From contig NW_005201154.1 of NCBI RefSeq assembly GCF_000372725.1, forward strand, positions 333,904-362,212: 28,309 bases of DNA, in the 5' to 3' direction. The DNA comes from Emiliania huxleyi CCMP1516. Lineage: Eukaryota. The notes beneath the pieces were generated by a model. That model saw nothing but the letters and a program-made list of their open reading frames with translations. It made no database searches and was not told where the DNA came from. Below are positions 27,940 to 28,309 of this stretch, piece by piece. The translations under genes and the position numbers were made by a program. Position 1 is the stretch's first letter. Every line of letters starts with the position of its first letter.

Positions 27940-28309
27940 CCGTTCGTGCTGCTCTGGTGACGGCGGCGTCGGCCTCAGGAGGGACGTTGAACTCGCCTTC
28001 GTTTGTGTGCTTGAGCAGCACACAAACAGAGAAACCGCGGTGACTGACCCCCTAAACAAGACAAGGTACCGCTCGCCGGTACCGCAGATTTTAGCGCCGG
28101 TACCGGCATTTGCCCGGTACCGCCCAAGCGAGGTACCGGTCGAGAGAGAGATGTCAGCGGCGGCCCAGGATGACAGAATTGGCCTTCGCCAGACTGAGGA
28201 CTATTGTGCGCCTCGGCGAGGCGGTTCCGGACATCCCGATTCCGAGCGCGGTGGACCTCATCTTGCCGGTCAACTGCCGGCGGTCGACAACTGCCGTTCG
28301 AGCAGCGTC

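Overview
Eukaryotic, very GC-rich, intron-containing genomic DNA with three assembly gaps (6172-6271, 8212-9114, 26529-26864). GC-AG introns, 10-11 bp intronic tandem repeats, intronic (CCCTAA)n and the gene content suggest a haptophyte alga, most likely Emiliania/Gephyrocapsa huxleyi (inference). Most listed ORFs are GC-driven shadow frames. Supported genes: a cyclophilin, a head-to-head pair of paralogous UVR-motif coiled-coil genes, an SC35/SRSF2-like RRM gene, a multi-exon proline-rich membrane protein gene, an F-box/RCC1 protein, a GT23 fucosyltransferase-like protein, a secreted Cys-repeat protein, a PLGG1/LrgB-like transporter with an apparent frameshift, and a CEP95 homologue. There is also a CRE-like non-LTR retrotransposon fragment and several short dispersed repeats. 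The most striking pattern is in three different genes: many predicted introns begin with, or contain, imperfect direct copies (once an inverted copy) of the start of the next exon, separated by microsatellite or telomeric filler. In the clearest cases the donor dinucleotide (GT, GC or GA) equals the first two bases of the downstream exon. All splice calls were made by eye and need RNA-seq confirmation.
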